NCBI GenBank assembly: GCA_040902005.1
Contig: JBBDYA010000119.1
Span: 621-12,607 of the forward strand
From: Gemmatimonadaceae bacterium
GTDB taxonomy: Bacteria; Gemmatimonadota; Gemmatimonadetes; Gemmatimonadales; Gemmatimonadaceae
Length of the DNA stretch: 11,987 bases
Direction: 5' to 3'
Each line of letters starts with the position of its first letter. Positions within the stretch are counted from its first letter, which is position 1. Below are positions 10,981 to 11,987 of the stretch, piece by piece. A program made the translations under genes and the position numbers. The notes beneath the pieces are model-generated. The model was given only the letters and a program-made list of their open reading frames with translations. It ran no database searches and was not told where the DNA came from.

Positions 10981-11045
10981 CGCCGACAGGCGCGAAACGA
11001 ACCAGTCTGTTCCGCGCGGCATCACCATTGCCTCGCCTGTCGGCG
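10981..11045. other. Perfect 12-bp inverted repeat enclosing two small hairpins (candidate structured RNA or DNA element)
   Basis: CGCCGACAGGCG (10981-10992) and CGCCTGTCGGCG (11034-11045). The interior contains GAAC-cagtct-GTTC and GGCA-tcaccat-TGCC. Confidence 0.6.
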
Positions 11046-11069
11046 AACCTTGGCCCGGAGGCCAGAGGC

Positions 11070-11105
11070 ATGTCTCGGAGGATTGACCCTGCGCGGGCGT
11101 CGTGA
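11070..11105 (+). CDS. Candidate 11-aa leader ORF (MSRRIDPARAS) coupled to the channel gene
   Basis: GGAGG at 11057-11061 lies 8 nt before the ATG at 11070. Its TGA overlaps the channel GTG (GTGA, 11102-11105). Confidence 0.35.
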   Translation: MSRRIDPARAS

Positions 11106-11896
11106 GCGGCAATAAGACGGCCGAGCTCGAGCGGGAGCGCCATCGGCTGCTCACGAGGATCGATCGCGCGCTCGAGACGCCGATGGCGGTGCTGGGCTTC
11201 GTGTGGGTGGTGCTCATCGTGCTCGACCTGCTCGGGCGGCTCTCGCCGCTGTTCTCGCGGCTGACCTACGTCATCTGGGCGCTGTTCATCCTTCAGTTCG
11301 TTGTCGAGCTCATCATCGCGCCGCGCAAGCGGCGATATCTGCGGCGGCAGTGGATCACGGCCATCTCGCTGCTGGCACCCGCGTTTCGCCTGCTGAGCGT
11401 GTTTCGGCTCGGTCGGGCGCTCGCCGTGATGCGCGGCGCGCGGCTGGTGCGGGTCGTCGGTGGCGCCAACCGCGGGATGCGGGCGCTGGGGCGGGTGATG
11501 GAGCGTCGCGGCTTCGGCTACGTGCTGCTGCTCACGCTGGTCGTCGCCCTGGCGGGCGCCGCCGGCATCTACGCGTTCGAGCGCGATGTGGCGAACGCGC
11601 GGTTCGAGAGCTTTGGCACCGCGTTCTGGTGGACGGCCATGACACTCACGACCATGGGCACCGATCATTTTCCCGTCACGCCCGAAGGCCGCCTGCTGAC
11701 ACTGCTGCTCGCGGTCTATGGATTCGCGGTGTTCGGCTACGTGACGGCGACCGTCGCGAGCTACTTCGTGGCGCGGGACGCGGAAGACGAACGCGGAGAG
11801 ATCGCGGGCGCGCGTCACATCGCCGAGCTGCGCCGCGAGCTGGCCGGGATTCGATCGTCGGTGGATGCGCTCGCCGAGAAGACGGGCCGGGAGTAA
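11102..11896 (+). CDS. 6TM voltage-gated-type cation channel (ion transporter / K+ channel family) with non-canonical filter TTMGTD
   Basis: S1-S3 hydrophobic helices, Arg-rich S4 FRLLSVFRLGRALAVMRGARLVR, S5, pore helix FGTAFWWTAMTLTTMGTDHFPVTPEGR, S6 and a C-terminal coiled-coil-like IAELRRELAGIRSSV. GTG start. Confidence 0.9.
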   Translation: MSGNKTAELERERHRLLTRIDRALETPMAVLGFVWVVLIVLDLLGRLSPLFSRLTYVIWALFILQFVVELIIAPRKRRYLRRQWITAISLLAPAFRLLSVFRLGRALAVMRGARLVRVVGGANRGMRALGRVMERRGFGYVLLLTLVVALAGAAGIYAFERDVANARFESFGTAFWWTAMTLTTMGTDHFPVTPEGRLLTLLLAVYGFAVFGYVTATVASYFVARDAEDERGEIAGARHIAELRRELAGIRSSVDALAEKTGRE

Positions 11897-11987
11897 CTCG
11901 CGCCGTGGAAGACGCTAGGGAGGCTCTGAAAACAAGGGGCCGGGGCGAGGTGTTCCGGCCGGCACGAGCATAGTACCAATACTTGGA

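Noticed and set aside
10951..11013. Type I hammerhead ribozyme (GGAACAG...CTACGAG...CGAAAC...GTC-TGTTCC)
   Set aside because: The invariant CUGANGA core is missing (only CUACGAG is present), it is not adjacent to stem I or stem II, and stem III would be only 2 bp.
11018..11032. Fluoride riboswitch upstream of the ClC operon (minus strand GGCAATGGTGATGCC resembles the GGCGAUGGUGUUCGCC 5' part)
   Set aside because: The required downstream elements (the AAAC linker and the GCUGAUGAC...CU pseudoknot partner) are absent, and the ClC lacks CLC-F motifs.

Overview
GC-rich bacterial window, probably Gemmatimonadota (an inference from the kinase-TM-TPR architecture and the Ig-repeat lipoprotein). It holds seven credible genes. 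On the minus strand: a Hanks-type Ser/Thr kinase (119-3313) and a four-gene run of secreted M20 amidohydrolase, ClC protein with RCK_C domain, large Ig/IPT-domain gluzincin lipoprotein and a translationally coupled small lipoprotein. On the plus strand: a YkuD_2-type L,D-transpeptidase (3535-4341) and a 6TM Kv-like channel (11102-11896). The most notable non-routine features are: (i) a 12-bp tandem array at 1-132 that appears to grow out of the kinase stop codon and carries an in-frame stop (TAG, then TAA, then TGA) in every unit; (ii) two ion-transport proteins with non-canonical selectivity motifs (TTMGTD and GHGTD) on either side of a strongly structured intergenic region that has a perfect 12-bp inverted repeat and a coupled 11-aa uORF; (iii) poly-C tracts in and upstream of the peptidase lipoprotein gene that could allow phase variation. 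All family calls come from motif recognition by eye; no searches were run.
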